Below, piece by piece: positions 28,934 through 45,524 of a DNA stretch of 64,000 nucleotides. Under the pieces are notes generated by a model. The model was given only the letters and a program-made list of their open reading frames with translations. It had not been told where the DNA came from and ran no database searches. Numbering within the stretch: the first letter of the stretch is position 1; every line of letters begins with the position of its first letter. This DNA comes from Eledone cirrhosa (lineage: Eukaryota), in contig OZ024749.1 of the NCBI GenBank assembly GCA_964016885.1, positions 40,238,001 through 40,302,000 of the forward strand, read 5' to 3'. The position numbers and the translations under genes are program-made.

Positions 28934-29115
28934 GTCCGCGGACTAGCAGGGTCGTTAGATCTGAGAGAGTCGTTAGAACGTTGGACAATTGCTTTGCGGT
29001 ATTTGTTCTGGCTCTTTACGTTCTGAGGTCAAAATAAAATACCAGTCAAATACTGGGGTAGATATTATCGACTTTCTCTTCTCCTAAATTGCTTGTCTTG
29101 AGCCTAGATTAGATA
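28934..29115 (+). mobile_element. Old, degenerate SINE related to family 1
   Basis: AAAATACCAGTCAAATACTGGGGT...TAAATTGC..GTCTTG tail similarity. Confidence 0.5.
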
Positions 29116-30166
29116 TCCTTGTCAATTAAGTTGAATATGCACACCCATCAACTTAAACTATATTTAAGTATAAGAATGTCATTACACGACAAATATATCC
29201 TGAACTTATTGATGATTGGTCTATGTGTATAAACATCTTCATTGTAAACCATATTTACTGCCAGTCGGCCATTAAACACATTTATATTGAACACACTTCA
29301 AGTATTTTGAACATCTCACTTCGTCATGAAACGTAAAGCAGGCTAGCTAGCTTCCATTAGTTACGCATCTATCGGCTTTCAATTTTTTTTTTTTCTAAGG
29401 AAACATGTCTGCCGGTGTATCTGTATATCTGTCTGTCTGCTGTCTGTCTGCCTGTCTGTCCGTGTGTATATCTGTCTGTCAGTATGTATGTCAATGAATG
29501 CCTGTAATCTGGTGTATGTTAGGTGTTTATATAACCTAACCAAGTACATCTATAATGAATTTCGTACTAAAATCCTTTCTGATTTTTTCTAAGTACTGTT
29601 TAAGATAACATATTTATTTTAAAACGTATTTTCGGTGTCGAACATGGATTTGAGGTCTAATCGACCTTTACAGAAAGATTTGATGTATGATGATGTTTGT
29701 TTCTTATTAAACCTCGACGTAAGGTTTATTATAACAGCAAAAAAGAAATGCTATATGTATCATAAAAGAAAAAAACTTTAGCAAATAATGAAGAATTGTT
29801 AACAAAAGATGGAGTAAAACAAACACAATAAAATAAAAGCCAAAACAAAACTGAAAGAAAATCAAACCGAAAATACAAAATATATAATTTTTCAATACAG
29901 ATTTCACATTAGTGAATGTTAAAGGCTTTTAGTATTTTTTTGTTTTTTTTTATATTTTTATTCTGTAGAGGTTTTTGTTTTTTGTTCTTTCATTTTGTTG
30001 TTGTTGTTTTTTTTTTTTTTTTTTTTTTTTGCTTTGGTTTGTTTTGTATTGAGGTTATTGTTGCTGTTGTTTTAGTTATTGTTGCCATCGTGTTTTCTAG
30101 GTAATTTTTTTATGAAAACTCGTTTTCTATTGGAAATATTGCAACAACAACAACAACAACAACAAC

Positions 30167-30218
<52 letters not shown>

Positions 30219-30560
30219 GATTAACAACTACTACAAAAACAACAACAAGTACTACGACAACAACAACTACAATAACAACAACTACAAAAAGCACATTTAC
30301 CTACATTAACGTCACAAATATTTTATCAACGCCAAGCATTCCCAATATTGCTTTACCAATCTTATCTGTGTGTGTAGGTGTATGAGAGAGGGGGAGATGG
30401 GGGGAGAGAGAGGGAGAAAAAGAGAGGGAGAGAGAGAGAGAGGGAGGGAGAGAGGGGGAGAGAGAGCGATTATGTATGTGTGTGTTTATGCATATTTTTA
30501 TAATTATACACATTTTTATACTATAGTTATATATATATATATACACACATACATACATGC

Positions 30561-30630
<70 letters not shown>

Positions 30631-30808
30631 GGAGCAGTATATACATAATATATATGCATATATATGTAACATTCTTCCAATTTTATTGTAGGAAAAAGTT
30701 GCGACCACTGATATATTTTAGTTTTCTTTTCAGTATTAAACTAATAACATTTAATGTTCTCTGTGTCTGTTGAAACTGTTTTCACTACAGTTTTTGATTG
30801 AATTTCTT

Positions 30809-30859
<51 letters not shown>

Positions 30860-30862
30860 AAC

Positions 30863-30899
<37 letters not shown>

Positions 30900-30972
30900 A
30901 AAACATATATGTATATATATATATATATATATATACATACACATACACACATACATTATTATATACATACAT

Positions 30973-31163
30973 AGGGCGGTGGATTGGCAGTATCGGTGGA
31001 GGGTCGGACGCCATGCTTTCCAGCACAGTTACGTCCCTTTACGATCTGAGTTCAAATCCCGCCGAGGTTGACTTTGCCTTTCATCCCTACGGGGTCGATA
31101 AAATAAAGTACCAGTAATGCACTGGGTAATTGCTGGCCTTGTGCCTAAAGTAGAAACAATTAT
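30973..31163 (+). mobile_element. SINE family 1
   Basis: Full-length match. Confidence 0.88.
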
Positions 31164-31327
31164 TATATACATACATATGTATTGTATATGTATATATGTA
31201 TGTATATATGTGTATATATATTTACATATATAATATATAATACACACACATATATATATATACATGTATATATATATATACACACGCATATATACATACA
31301 TGCATATATACACATATATATATATAC

Positions 31328-31362
<35 letters not shown>

Positions 31363-31369
31363 ATACATA

Positions 31370-31475
<106 letters not shown>

Positions 31476-31479
31476 CATA

Positions 31480-31605
<126 letters not shown>

Positions 31606-31960
31606 GAGACAGATATGTAGATATATATATATACATCTGTATGTATATACATATATATATACATACGCGTGCACACACTGAGTGAAAGGGTGGCAGAGAA
31701 GGTAGGAAAGAGGGTGGTGGGAGATAAGTACCCAGAGAATTCGTATTATCCAGTGAAATGCATCAAGTAGCAATGGGTGTGGTGTGGTAATATGAAATCA
31801 AGGGAAGATAATCACAGATAAATGTCAAACGTAATCGTTGAGATAAGGAATCTGACGGAAATATGTTGTTGTAGATAGCGTTTGGTGGTACTGGGTTGTG
31901 GAGTGGATGGGGTTGGTGTGGTGTGAGATGTGGGCCTAGACAGTCGAGTATGGTTAAACG

Positions 31961-32830
31961 TGATGGCGATGATGGTGATGGCGTGTGAAGGTGTTGGCGG
32001 TGATGGTGGTAGTGGTGGTGGTGGTGGTGGTGGTGGTGGTGGTGGTGGTGGTGGTGGTGGGGATAGTGATGTCTGTGGAGGTGGTGGTGGTGGTGGTGGT
32101 GGTGGTGGTGGTGGTAATGATGGTGGTAATGATGGTGATGGCGTGTGATGTGATGGCAGTGATGGGGTTGGCGGTGATGATGGTGGTGATGTCTGTGGTG
32201 GTGGTGGTGGTGGTGGTGGTGGTAATGATGGTGGTAATGATGGTGATGGCGTGTGATGTGATGGCAGTGATGGGGTTGGCGGTGATGATGGTGGTGATGT
32301 CTGTGGTGGTGGTGGTGGTGGTGGTGATGATGGTGATGGCGTGTGATGGGGTTGGCGGTGATGGTGATGGTGGGGGGGGGGGGGGGGGGATAGTGATGTC
32401 TGTGGAGGTGGTGGTGGTAATGATGGTGGTAATGATGGTGATGGCGTGTGATGGGGTTGGCGGTGATGGTGGTGGTGATGTCTCTGGTGGTGGTGGTGGT
32501 GGTGGTGATGGCGTGTGATGGGGTTGGCGGTGATGGTGGTGGTGATGTCTGTGGTGGTGGTGGTGGTGGTGGTGGTGATGGCGTGTGATGGGGTTGGCGG
32601 TGATGGTGGTGGTGATGTCTCTGGTGGTGGTGGTGGTGGTGGTGGTGGTGATGATGGTGATGGCGTGTGATGGGGTTGGCGGTGATGGTGGTGGTGGTGG
32701 TGATGATGGTGATGGCGTGTGATGGGGTTGGCGGTGATGATGGTGGTGATGTCTGTGGTGGTGGTGGTGGTGGTGGTGATGATGATGGCGTGTGATGGGG
32801 TTGGCGGTGATGATGGTGATGATGATGTCG
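31961..32830. repeat. GGT-rich compound minisatellite
   Basis: Recurrent GATGGCGTGTGATGGGGTTGGCGGTGATG plus (GGT)n. Confidence 0.9.
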
Positions 32831-32872
32831 ATGGTTGTGCTGATAATGATAATGATCTGCAGCAGCATGCTG

Positions 32873-32926
<54 letters not shown>

Positions 32927-32951
32927 ACACACACACGCACATATATGTATG

Positions 32952-33005
<54 letters not shown>

Positions 33006-33091
33006 GAAGAGTGGGGCTGTGTAGTTGCGGAAAAAGGTGTACTTAAAAATGAAGAAATATATTAAGTTGATGCTTGATACAGTAGGAAAAG

Positions 33092-33131
33092 TATCTTTGC
33101 GTTTCAGACATTAATCTTTCATCAGAAGATA
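33092..33131 (-). ncRNA. Degenerate minimal hammerhead within TA-embedded element 33002-33265
   Basis: TATCTT-CTGATGA-aAGA ttaatg TCT-GAAA-CGCA-AAGATA. Stem I is 6 bp perfect; the cleavage triplet is damaged. Confidence 0.55.
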
Positions 33132-33424
33132 GAATGAGAAATAAAAGATGAAATAGTGTGAGAATCGAAACGTGTATTAAGGCAGCCATTCTGGAATATA
33201 TGAAAATTAAATTAGAATAATTCGCCCCATTTTTTAATACAGAAACAGGTCATATAACTACATATATAAATGTGTGTGTGTGTGTGTGTGTGTGCATTCG
33301 TAGTCGGAAAAGACAGAGTGCTTCCTTATACACACACATATGTTTATATGTATATATACATATATATATGTGTGTGTGTGTGTGTATGTGTATGCATATG
33401 TGTGTATGCATGTTCCTATGTACG

Positions 33425-33591
<167 letters not shown>

Positions 33592-33709
33592 GGAATAATT
33601 GCCTTATGTTGTTTATTACATAATAATAATAATTAAGCTCTGTTACCTACATAGAGCACTCTTTTTTCCTGGACTTTTCCGACGGAATTACTTCACATAT
33701 ATATATATA

Positions 33710-34875
<1,166 letters not shown>

Positions 34876-34886
34876 ATATATATATA

Positions 34887-35064
34887 GGAAAAAGTTTGAC
34901 CATGACGGCAGAGCTCAAGCCGTTTCGACGGCTATTTCTGGACAGAAATGGCTTGAGCTCTGCCGTCGGGGTCAAACTTTTTCCTATTACCCACTCTGCT
35001 ACCCTAAGTATTGAGTACTCTGGGGCGTTATGGTCCATCTGGTTGATTACCATACCTCCTTCGT

Positions 35065-35065
<1 letters not shown>
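34887..35065 (+). mobile_element. Family A fold-back element
   Basis: Palindrome plus tail, TA-flanked. Confidence 0.75.
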
Positions 35066-35101
<36 letters not shown>

Positions 35102-35223
35102 AAATGTGTGTGACTGCCTGTATGTGTATGCATGTTCCTATGTACGTGTGTGTATATATATATATATGTATGTGTGTATGTATGTACTCGTATATATGTA
35201 TATATGTATATATGTGTATGGGT

Positions 35224-35329
<106 letters not shown>

Positions 35330-35454
35330 GTGTATGTTCCTAACTGTTTATTTCCCAACATTATCACTATGTAACCGACGTAAATCTTCCTAAATATTTC
35401 ATCTTTCACACCAAACTTATTTATCTTTTAAACATGCATGTATGGCTGTTATAG

Positions 35455-35496
<42 letters not shown>

Positions 35497-35503
35497 ATAT
35501 TAC

Positions 35504-35554
<51 letters not shown>

Positions 35555-35743
35555 TTTCATTAATAATAATACTACCACAACCACTACCACTACTACTACT
35601 ACTACTACCACTGTTGCTGCCGATGATGATGACGATGATGACGATAATGATGATGATGATCGTGATGCTAGAACTACTGTTGCTGCTGCTGTTGCTGCTA
35701 CTAGTGCTGCCGCTACTGCTACTGTGCTACTGCTGTTAATACT

Positions 35744-35794
<51 letters not shown>

Positions 35795-36099
35795 CAAATA
35801 CTACAACATAAATACCATCTAAACACACCAAGTGAAACACCCATGTACAATAAATATGCGTCTTGCTAGAGATATGACATGTAAGTTGTATATAAAGATA
35901 GGAGGTTTACAAATATTTTAGAAATGTTTATCATCATCATCATCATCATAATCATTATTATTATTGTGGTTGTTGTTGTTGTTATATTAGTTGTTAACGT
36001 ATTCCATAAATATTTCTATACTAAAGATTTCTTTAAATTGATTTACTTTATGATCACGATAAAACATGGCCGCCATAACAAGAATTTATCTGTATATAG

Positions 36100-36145
<46 letters not shown>

Positions 36146-36253
36146 GTACATATGTACGCACATACATATACACTCATATACACACGTACAAACCTTCATA
36201 TGTAATGGTATGAATATGATTGATTTAAGTGCCACCTCATGAAACAAGTAAAC

Positions 36254-36309
<56 letters not shown>

Positions 36310-36379
36310 CTAATGATTACATACAGTATACTGTGTATGTATGTATATAAACTCACAGTATATCGTATGTAATCGTTAG

Positions 36380-36489
<110 letters not shown>

Positions 36490-37124
36490 CTGACGATTAC
36501 ATACGGTATACTGTGTGTGTATGTGTATGTGTGTGATTATGTTTGTGAGTTTATGTCTGTGTGCGTGGGCTTGTCTATATCTGTGCTTACTTTTATTGTT
36601 TGTTTTATTGTTTGTTTATGTAACTTAGCCGTTTGTCAAAAAGTGGAGGATAAAACGAGGAGCAAATTTGAAATAAATAAATCATAGAGTTCATCTGATT
36701 GACTAAAGTTCTTTCAATATGGTGACCCAGCATAGTCGCAATCTGATAACTGGGACATGTAAAAGAATGAGATAATAATTGAAAGTTTATTATCTCACTA
36801 TCATCATAAGGCATGCAGCTACAGAATTCCAGCATACAATTTAACATATGTACCAAGACTTCGCCATAGAAACATTGCTAACTATGTACATCAGAAACAT
36901 ATGTGATACTATTTTGGAAAGACGTGTTGTTCTAATAGAAATTCAGAACTCATCACTTGTTGCAGGCAAATCATTTACAGTTCCTTGCCACATTTCAAAC
37001 ACGGACTTTTCTAACGGATAAAACTTCTTCCTGAATTGAAAGAAGCAATAGGGTTTATATTTTTTCTAGCTTAAAACATATTCTTGGTAATACATATGTT
37101 TGTTTGCGTATATATGTACACGTG

Positions 37125-37161
<37 letters not shown>

Positions 37162-37181
37162 TGTTCTAGTAGTAGTAGTAT

Positions 37182-37249
<68 letters not shown>

Positions 37250-37668
37250 ATAGTAGTGTTGGTGGTGGTGGTGGTGGCAGTGATGTTGCTGTCTTTGTTG
37301 TTGTTATTGTAGCTGACAGCAACTTCCTAGTCTAACCATACATAGCTTGTGTTATATAGCTACACATATACATACATAAAATCTGGTCACCTGAACCATT
37401 GATTGTTAAATAATCCTAGTCATTATATATATAAGCCGCTCAAGAGATAAGGACCGCCCTTCTTTGGAGGCTGGAGACAGGACCACACCCAGTATTTCTA
37501 GGCATCAATTCAAAGTGAAGTGTGCCCCCGACCCGTACATCAATTTTATGTTATAATAAAACTTCTTGCCAAAATGCTGTCACAAACTATCAGCCATTTT
37601 AAAAACATCCCCTGTCATTTGCTGCCGCCATTTCTTCTTCATCCAGTGAAATCAGAATTTACATTAAG

Positions 37669-37709
<41 letters not shown>

Positions 37710-37794
37710 ACACATATACACATATACATATATATATACCTATATATATATACACACACACACATATACACATATACATATATACATACATATA

Positions 37795-37826
<32 letters not shown>

Positions 37827-37915
37827 CGTATATACATATATATAGGCATACATATATATATATGTATGTATGTATCTGTGTATATATATATATGTATATG
37901 TGTGTGTATATATAT

Positions 37916-38085
<170 letters not shown>

Positions 38086-38138
38086 TTGTGTGTATATATA
38101 TGTATATATATATATATATATATGTATATGTGTATATG

Positions 38139-38173
<35 letters not shown>

Positions 38174-38863
38174 GCATACGTATATATACCTAGTATTAAT
38201 ATTTACATTATACTATATTTCCTATGTTACGTGCATATTCCTATTACATGGTTTCATATTTTACTAATTATTTCCTTTATTCTCTGATTGGTTTCTATTT
38301 TAATATTATTTATTGCCGATCAAAATCCATGACATATTACATTTTTCTTCAAAAAATACTTTTTTAAAACGTTTACAATCAACATTCGCCATTTTGTTGG
38401 CAGCATTTCTCTCTTCATCTGATTTCGTTTGGATTTCTGTCGTTTCTTTTTTTGTGTGTGTGTGTGGGGGGGGGGGGGGGGACGATGTTGGTTTTTTGTT
38501 GTTGTTTTTGGCTATACAATCTTTCATTCCTTTCTGTCTCACTCTTTCTTTCTCTCTCATTCTCTCTCTTTTACTCTCTCTCTCTCTCTCTCTCTTACTT
38601 ACTCACTCCCTCTCACCTTCTCTCTCTCACACACCCTCTGTTTCTCACTCTCATTCACTCTCTCTCTCTTTCTCCCCCCCCCCCTCTCTCTGTCTCTCTT
38701 CATTGCTCTCTTTCACTCTCACTCCTTTTCTCTCACTCTCTCTCTTACTCTTTCTCTCACTCACTCTCTCTCTCTCACTCACCCTCTCTCTCTCTCTCAC
38801 TCTCGCTTATTCACTTACGCCCTCCTCTCACCCGCTCTCTCTCACTCTCATTCACCTTCTACA

Positions 38864-39311
38864 TGGTGGCGGTGATAGTGGTGGTAGTGGTAGTAGTAGT
38901 GGTGGAGGTGGTAGTGGCGCTGATAGTGGTGGTGGTGGTATTGGTGGTGTTGGTAGTGGTAGTGATAGTAGTGGTAGTGGTAGTGGTGGAGGTGATAGTG
39001 GTGGTAGTGGTAGTGGTAGTGGTGGAGGTGATAGTGGTGGTAGTGGTAGTGGTAGTGGTAGTGGTGGAGGTGATAGTGGTGGTAGTGGTAGTGGTAGTGG
39101 TAGTGGTGGAGGTGATAGTGGTGGTAGTGGTAGTGGTAGTGGTGGAGGTGATAGTGGTGGTAGTGGTAGTGGTAGTGGTGGAGGTGATAGTGGCGGTAGT
39201 GGTAGTGGTAGTGGTGGAGGTGATAGTGGTGGTAGTGGTAGTGGTAGTGGTGGAGGTGGTAGTGGTAGTGGTAGTGGTAGTGGTAGTGGTAGTGGTAGTG
39301 GTGGAGGTGAA
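38864..39311. repeat. ~36-42-bp GGT/AGT minisatellite
   Basis: GGTGGAGGTGATAGTGGTGGTAGTGGTAGT units. Confidence 0.9.
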
Positions 39312-39405
39312 TGTTAAGAGAATGTTACCTCACTTTTTTCTGTAACATCAATTAGAAATGTTAAATCAGTTTCTTGTGTAGATGGCAGCAGAATTACATC
39401 ACAAG

Positions 39406-39454
<49 letters not shown>

Positions 39455-39634
39455 TAGTTATTTGTGAATATATCTATATTTATTTATTTTATGTATTTAC
39501 TTGTTAAATATTGTCATGGTAACGCTAAATAATGTTTCTGTCGTACATTAAAGTAACATGACACACATCCATTACATGAATAGACATAATTATGTGTGTG
39601 TATGTATGTATGTGTGTATATATGTGTGTGTATA

Positions 39635-39666
<32 letters not shown>

Positions 39667-39701
39667 CGTATATATATATATATACATATATATATATACA
39701 C

Positions 39702-39946
<245 letters not shown>

Positions 39947-40009
39947 TATGTATGTGCGTAAGAATGCTTCTGATTTTATGTATCCATGAGTATGTTCCCA
40001 TATTACACT

Positions 40010-40260
40010 TATCAGTTTTGAGTTACTTCAGCCAAAGTATTTTCCTAGTCCTAATGTTCATATACTGTAGTAATTTTCTATTAGCATCAGGCTCCGTCCT
40101 CCTTGAGTGTCGTGTAGGTATATTCTATCACTATCTGCCATGAAATAGTAACTTCTCAACTCTGTCAGTGGTTTCCTTTGGAGGTAGGCACGAGATTCTG
40201 TCTGAGCCCTTCCATTGATTTAACTTCCAGTTTATTGTGTTGAAGCTACAATTCATAATT
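40010..40260 (-). pseudogene. R4/Dong-like LINE RT C-terminal fragment
   Basis: SFNTINWK... and [17 protein letters not shown] resemble the 'SFGIINW' and 'DRLYLPRxxGGRGL' motifs. Confidence 0.55.
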
Positions 40261-40293
40261 GGGATTGATAGCGTATTTATACCTACTATAATA

Positions 40294-40480
40294 TTTGTTT
40301 CTACTTTTGGCACAAGGCCAGCAATTATCCCAGTGTATTACTGGTACTTTATTTTATCGACCCCGTAAGGATGAAAGGCAAAGTTAACCTCGGCGGTATT
40401 TGAACTCAAACCATAAAGGGCCGTAACTCTTTACTGCAAAGCATGACGTCCGACCCTCTACCAATACTGCCAATCCACCT
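40294..40480 (-). mobile_element. SINE family 1 with TSD
   Basis: ACCTACTATAATA at 40281-40293 and 40477-40489. Confidence 0.88.
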
Positions 40481-40508
40481 ACTATAATAATTCTATTCAT
40501 TATTATTA

Positions 40509-40722
40509 TTGATTGGCAGTATTGGTAGAGCGTCAGACGCCATGCTTTGCAGCATAGAGTTATGGCCCTTTACGTTCTGAGTTCAAATCCAGCCGTGGTT
40601 AACTTTGCCTTTCATTCTTACGGGGTCGATGAAATAAAGCACCAGTAATGCACTGGGGTCGATTTAATTGACTTTCCCCTTTCCCCAAATTGCTGGCCTT
40701 GTCCCTATAGTAGGAATCATTA
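40509..40722 (+). mobile_element. SINE family 1 (long-tail variant)
   Basis: Contains the GGGGTCGATTTAAT.GACTTTCCCC insert. Confidence 0.85.
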
Positions 40723-40757
40723 TTATTATCGTTATTGTTGTTGTGGTGATGGTTGTT

Positions 40758-40947
40758 GTTGTGTTGTCAGTGTGTTGTTGTGTGGTCAGTGTGTTGTTGT
40801 GTGGTCAGTGTGTTGTTGTGTGATCAGTGTGTTGTTGTGTGGTCAGTGTGTTGTTGTGTGGTCAGTGTGTTGTTGTGTGGTCAGTGTGTTGTTGTGTGGT
40901 CAGTGTGTTGTTGTGTGGTCAGTGTGTTGTGTGGTCAGTGTGTTGTT
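40758..40947. repeat. ~19-bp minisatellite TGTGGTCAGTGTGTTGTTG
   Basis: About 9-10 units. Confidence 0.92.
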
Positions 40948-41042
40948 AGGTGTTGTGAAACAGCTTCATTTCAAAATCAATGACCAACTGTTTTGTTTTC
41001 CAGGTTGAACGGTCTGGTACACAGAATCAGACACCAGACATT

Positions 41043-41181
<139 letters not shown>

Positions 41182-41197
41182 GTGTGTGAGACTGCGT

Positions 41198-41235
<38 letters not shown>

Positions 41236-41325
41236 CACACACATACATACATACTTATACATACATATACGTATATATATGTATACATATATATATATAT
41301 ATACATACATACATACATATATATA

Positions 41326-41932
41326 TGGTGGCTGCCAACTCGTTTTCGAGTACGGCCACTACTTTACATCCATGTAGGAGAACCCCTACCGATGCGCTGA
41401 ACGAGTGTGACTTTTTAGTCCAGCCGGCGACATGAAAACTCTGGTACAAACACTACACCTGTAACAATTATTGACACAGTGCTGGGCCCATGTTACCATG
41501 TGACGACAAGTGCAGAGAGATCTCCAGATATAAAGCAATGCCTGTGCCGTGAAGCTTTTATAGTGAGCAAAGGCACTGCACAAAGCCAGTCCCACTCTCT
41601 TAACCAAGATGATATTTACCAAAAAGAAGAACAAGTCAACATCATTGGATACCATCAGGGTTGCAGGTGTTATATCAGAGTTTTCCTTCTCTTAGAATTC
41701 TGCCTTGACAAAGGCTAAGGGGTCATCTCTCCCGGTGATTTTGGATGGCCATTGACTCTTAAGAGCTCCTTTGCCCTTTGACAGGTTTTGTTTTTAGTCC
41801 TGCAGGATGTCCAAAGTCACCCTCCTCACCAAGAAACCTTGGTGGGGTTGCCAGTTTAGTCGCCAACGACCCGACCATGAGACAGCTTGTACTGGGATAC
41901 ATGTTACCAGTAGCACCAACTGGTGACCTGAC
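41326..41932 (-). mobile_element. Non-autonomous RTE-derived element, subfamily 2
   Basis: Near-identical to 22644-23263. Confidence 0.78.
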
Positions 41933-42066
41933 ATACATACATACATACATACATACATACATACATACATGTATATATGCATGCATATATACATGTATGT
42001 ACATACATGTATGCATGTATATATGCATACATACATGTATGTATGCATGTATATATATATGTATGC

Positions 42067-42135
<69 letters not shown>

Positions 42136-42483
42136 AAAGAGAGTAAGTGATAGGCCGGAGGGAAAGGCGATGGGATTAAAGATAAAGAGATAAAGAGAAT
42201 CAGAAGAAAAAAGTGATAGAAGAAAGAGTGGGGCAAAAATTCCTGTAGTAATTTAGGATGGTGTCACACAATGTAGGTTGTTCCTAAGGCTAATTCTTCA
42301 AACATTTCACCCTTGACCCTTAATTAAACGAGAGGTATTTTAGTCTAAGGGAGTGGCTTTATTTCGGCTGTGGTTTCAGCTAGTTAACTAGTATTAACAT
42401 ATCTATCAACTATTGCTTTGAACTTTGACATTTCTACAGCTTTCTTCTGCTTTTACTATGGTACGGAGAACACACACGCACAT

Positions 42484-42538
<55 letters not shown>

Positions 42539-42707
42539 CACACACACACATACACACACACGCACACAAACATATGCTCACACATATATACACACACATA
42601 CGCGCACACACACACATACACATGCATACATACGTACACACATACATATATACATACATACACATACACACATACTGACACATACACACACATATACACA
42701 TATATAT

Positions 42708-42745
<38 letters not shown>

Positions 42746-43134
42746 TTCCACATATCTATGTATTATTGACGGACATGAGAAAATGTACTCAATATTAAAT
42801 ATATATATATTTATATATTCATCCTGTGTAATGTATACGCCTTTGTATATGCGTGTGTATGTATGTATGTATATATGTATGTATGTGTCTATATGTGTCA
42901 TTATTTAATGTGTATATCAAATCTCTGTTTTACATCTCTAAATCACCGAAACAGCAGTGGTTTGAGGAGAATCTAGGATTGCTGCTCTTTCTTGTTTGTT
43001 GTGCATGAAACTAGAAATGTGCCAACAACTATAAATAGTCGTTGGCACATTTGACAGACCGAACATTTTATTTTCTGATAGATGTGATAAAAAAAAATGA
43101 ATACGTCTGTGCTGTATATGCCCCTTAGAGTGTT

Positions 43135-43165
<31 letters not shown>

Positions 43166-43186
43166 ATGTATGTATGTATGTGAGTG

Positions 43187-43239
<53 letters not shown>

Positions 43240-43334
43240 AATTCCACGACAAATTGGCCTATATATATATAGTGAGTGTGTTCTGTTATTAATTCTGGCA
43301 ATATTATTACAACAATATGACCCTTCCCAAGTAT

Positions 43335-43390
<56 letters not shown>

Positions 43391-43392
<2 letters not shown>

Positions 43393-43577
43393 CGAAGGAA
43401 ATGTGGTAAGGAACCAGGTGGACCATAACGCACCAAAGTACTCAATACTTGAGGTAGTAGAGTGGGTAATAGGAACCAGTAAGACCCCGACAGCTGAGCT
43501 CAAGCCGTTTCGACGGCTAATTCAGAATTAGCCGTCGAAACGGCTTGAGCTCAGCCGTCGGGGTCTTACTGGTTCCT
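43391..43577 (-). mobile_element. Family A fold-back element
   Basis: Palindrome centred near 43523; tail at left. Confidence 0.78.
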
Positions 43578-43736
43578 ATATATATATAGATATAGATATA
43601 GATATAGATATATTCCATACACTGGTTGAAAATCCGTCCTATGAAAGGTACGTCCTCGAGTACAGCTTGGACTGAGTGCTCTACCAACTACGGATATAGC
43701 CTTCCGGTTTTTTTTACCACAGTATATATATAAATA

Positions 43737-43790
<54 letters not shown>

Positions 43791-43818
43791 ATCAAAAGAT
43801 GGTTAAATGAGTTCCATG

Positions 43819-43889
43819 TATTTTATTATGCGCATTTCAAAAACAAATATCATCATGCAATAACATTTGTGTTTTCATCAGATAAAATA
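43819..43889 (-). ncRNA. Minimal type I hammerhead (family C, inverted arm)
   Basis: Reverse complement of 44016-44086. Confidence 0.8.
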
Positions 43890-44015
43890 GGAGGACATGA
43901 TATGAAGGTTAAAAACACTTGTGGATGGTGCAGTTTTAAATCAACATATCAACATATATGTTGATTTAAAACTGCACTATCCACAAGTGTTTTTAACCTT
44001 CATATCATGTCCTCC

Positions 44016-44086
44016 TATTTTATCTGATGAAAACACAAATGTTATTGCATGATGATATTTGTTTTTGAAATGCGCATAATAAAATA
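44016..44086 (+). ncRNA. Minimal type I hammerhead (family C)
   Basis: TATTTTAT-CTGATGA-AAACACAAAT...ATTTGTTTTT-GAAA-TGCGCA-TA-ATAAAATA. 8-bp stem I; palindromic stem III. Confidence 0.85.
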
Positions 44087-44210
44087 CATGGAACTCATTT
44101 AACCATCTTTTGATCTTATATATTATATATACTCCAGTCCTACGAAACTGTAGAGTGCTTCTTATCCGATATCTGCATTGCTTTATTGTACTACAATAAA
44201 ACTCACCTCC

Positions 44211-44286
<76 letters not shown>

Positions 44287-44542
44287 TACACACACACATA
44301 TATATACATATAGTATTTGATTCTTCGTACCGGCCGCTGGCGTATACATATAGTTATATATTTATGTGTGCGCCTATATATATATATATATATACACTGT
44401 TGAATGATTGTAAAAAGTTAAATAAAGTAATATATATGAGTATGTATGTTTGTAGGTATGTATGTATATATATATGTATATATGTATGTATCTAGTTATG
44501 TATATATGTATGCATGTATATATATATGCATGTATATATGTA

Positions 44543-44800
44543 TGTGCAGTGCCTTTGCTCACTATAAAAGCTTCACGGCACAGGCATTGCTTTATATCTG
44601 GAGATCTCTCTGCACTTGTCGTCACATGGTACCATGGGCCCAGCACTATGTGTCACTAATTGTCACAAGTGTAGTGTTTGTACCAAAGTTTTCAAGTCGT
44701 TGGCTGGACTAAAAGTCACACTCGTTCAGCGCATCGGTAGGGGTTCTCCTACATGGATCTAAAGTAGTGGCCGTACTCGAAAACGAGTTGGCAGCCACCA
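44543..44800 (+). mobile_element. RTE-derived subfamily 2, 5'-truncated
   Basis: 3' 260 bp of the element, with (ATGT)n tail. Confidence 0.75.
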
Positions 44801-45073
44801 TGTATGTATGTAGGTAGGTATGTATGTATATATATATGTATGTAGGGATGTATGTATGTAGCTATGTATGAATGTATATATGTATTATGTTGGTATATAT
44901 GTATGTAGGTATGTATGTATCTATGAATGTATATATGTATGTAGGTAGCTATGTTTGTGTGTATGTATATATGTATGTATGTAGGTAGGTAGGTAGGTAT
45001 GTATGTATGAATGTATATATGTATGTATGTGTATATGTATGTAGGTATGTACGTATATATGTATGTATATATG

Positions 45074-45108
<35 letters not shown>

Positions 45109-45524
45109 GTATCTATGTATGTAGGTATGTATGTATGACACCCTAAATACTTTGATGACATTTCTAAATGTTGACTCCAACGGAGATGTCATAATCTCAC
45201 ATGGTACATTGACCTCCTCAGTACAGATAGAATCGACCACAGCTCTCAGTTGAAACAACACAGTTCTCCAGCACTGGAGTCCGTGGGAAGTTACTGCATC
45301 AGAGGATTAAGTGTTTCCTGATCAACAGAACCGGAGATGTTGTGATCCATGGAGTGTACTTAAACCAATCCAAATTCCACTGTGGAAATATATCAAACTA
45401 AAGATAAAAATGTCAAACTTTTGGCTAAGAAAAAAACAAACCTGTCAACTCTCCCCGTCCGTCAGGGAGATATCCCACCTACTTTGGGGTGGGTGAGAGA
45501 TGTCGTCTCTTATGAAAATAGATA

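Larger units (their letters stand above)
43785..44213 (+). mobile_element. Family C fold-back element (~165-bp arms)
   Basis: 43785-43950 is inverted at 43957-44120. Tail extends to 44213. Second copy at 51684-51887. Confidence 0.8.

Noticed and set aside
38340-38400. Minus-strand CAAAATGGCG (YY1-like) start or first exon
   Set aside because: A single short motif with a weak donor and no supporting downstream exon.
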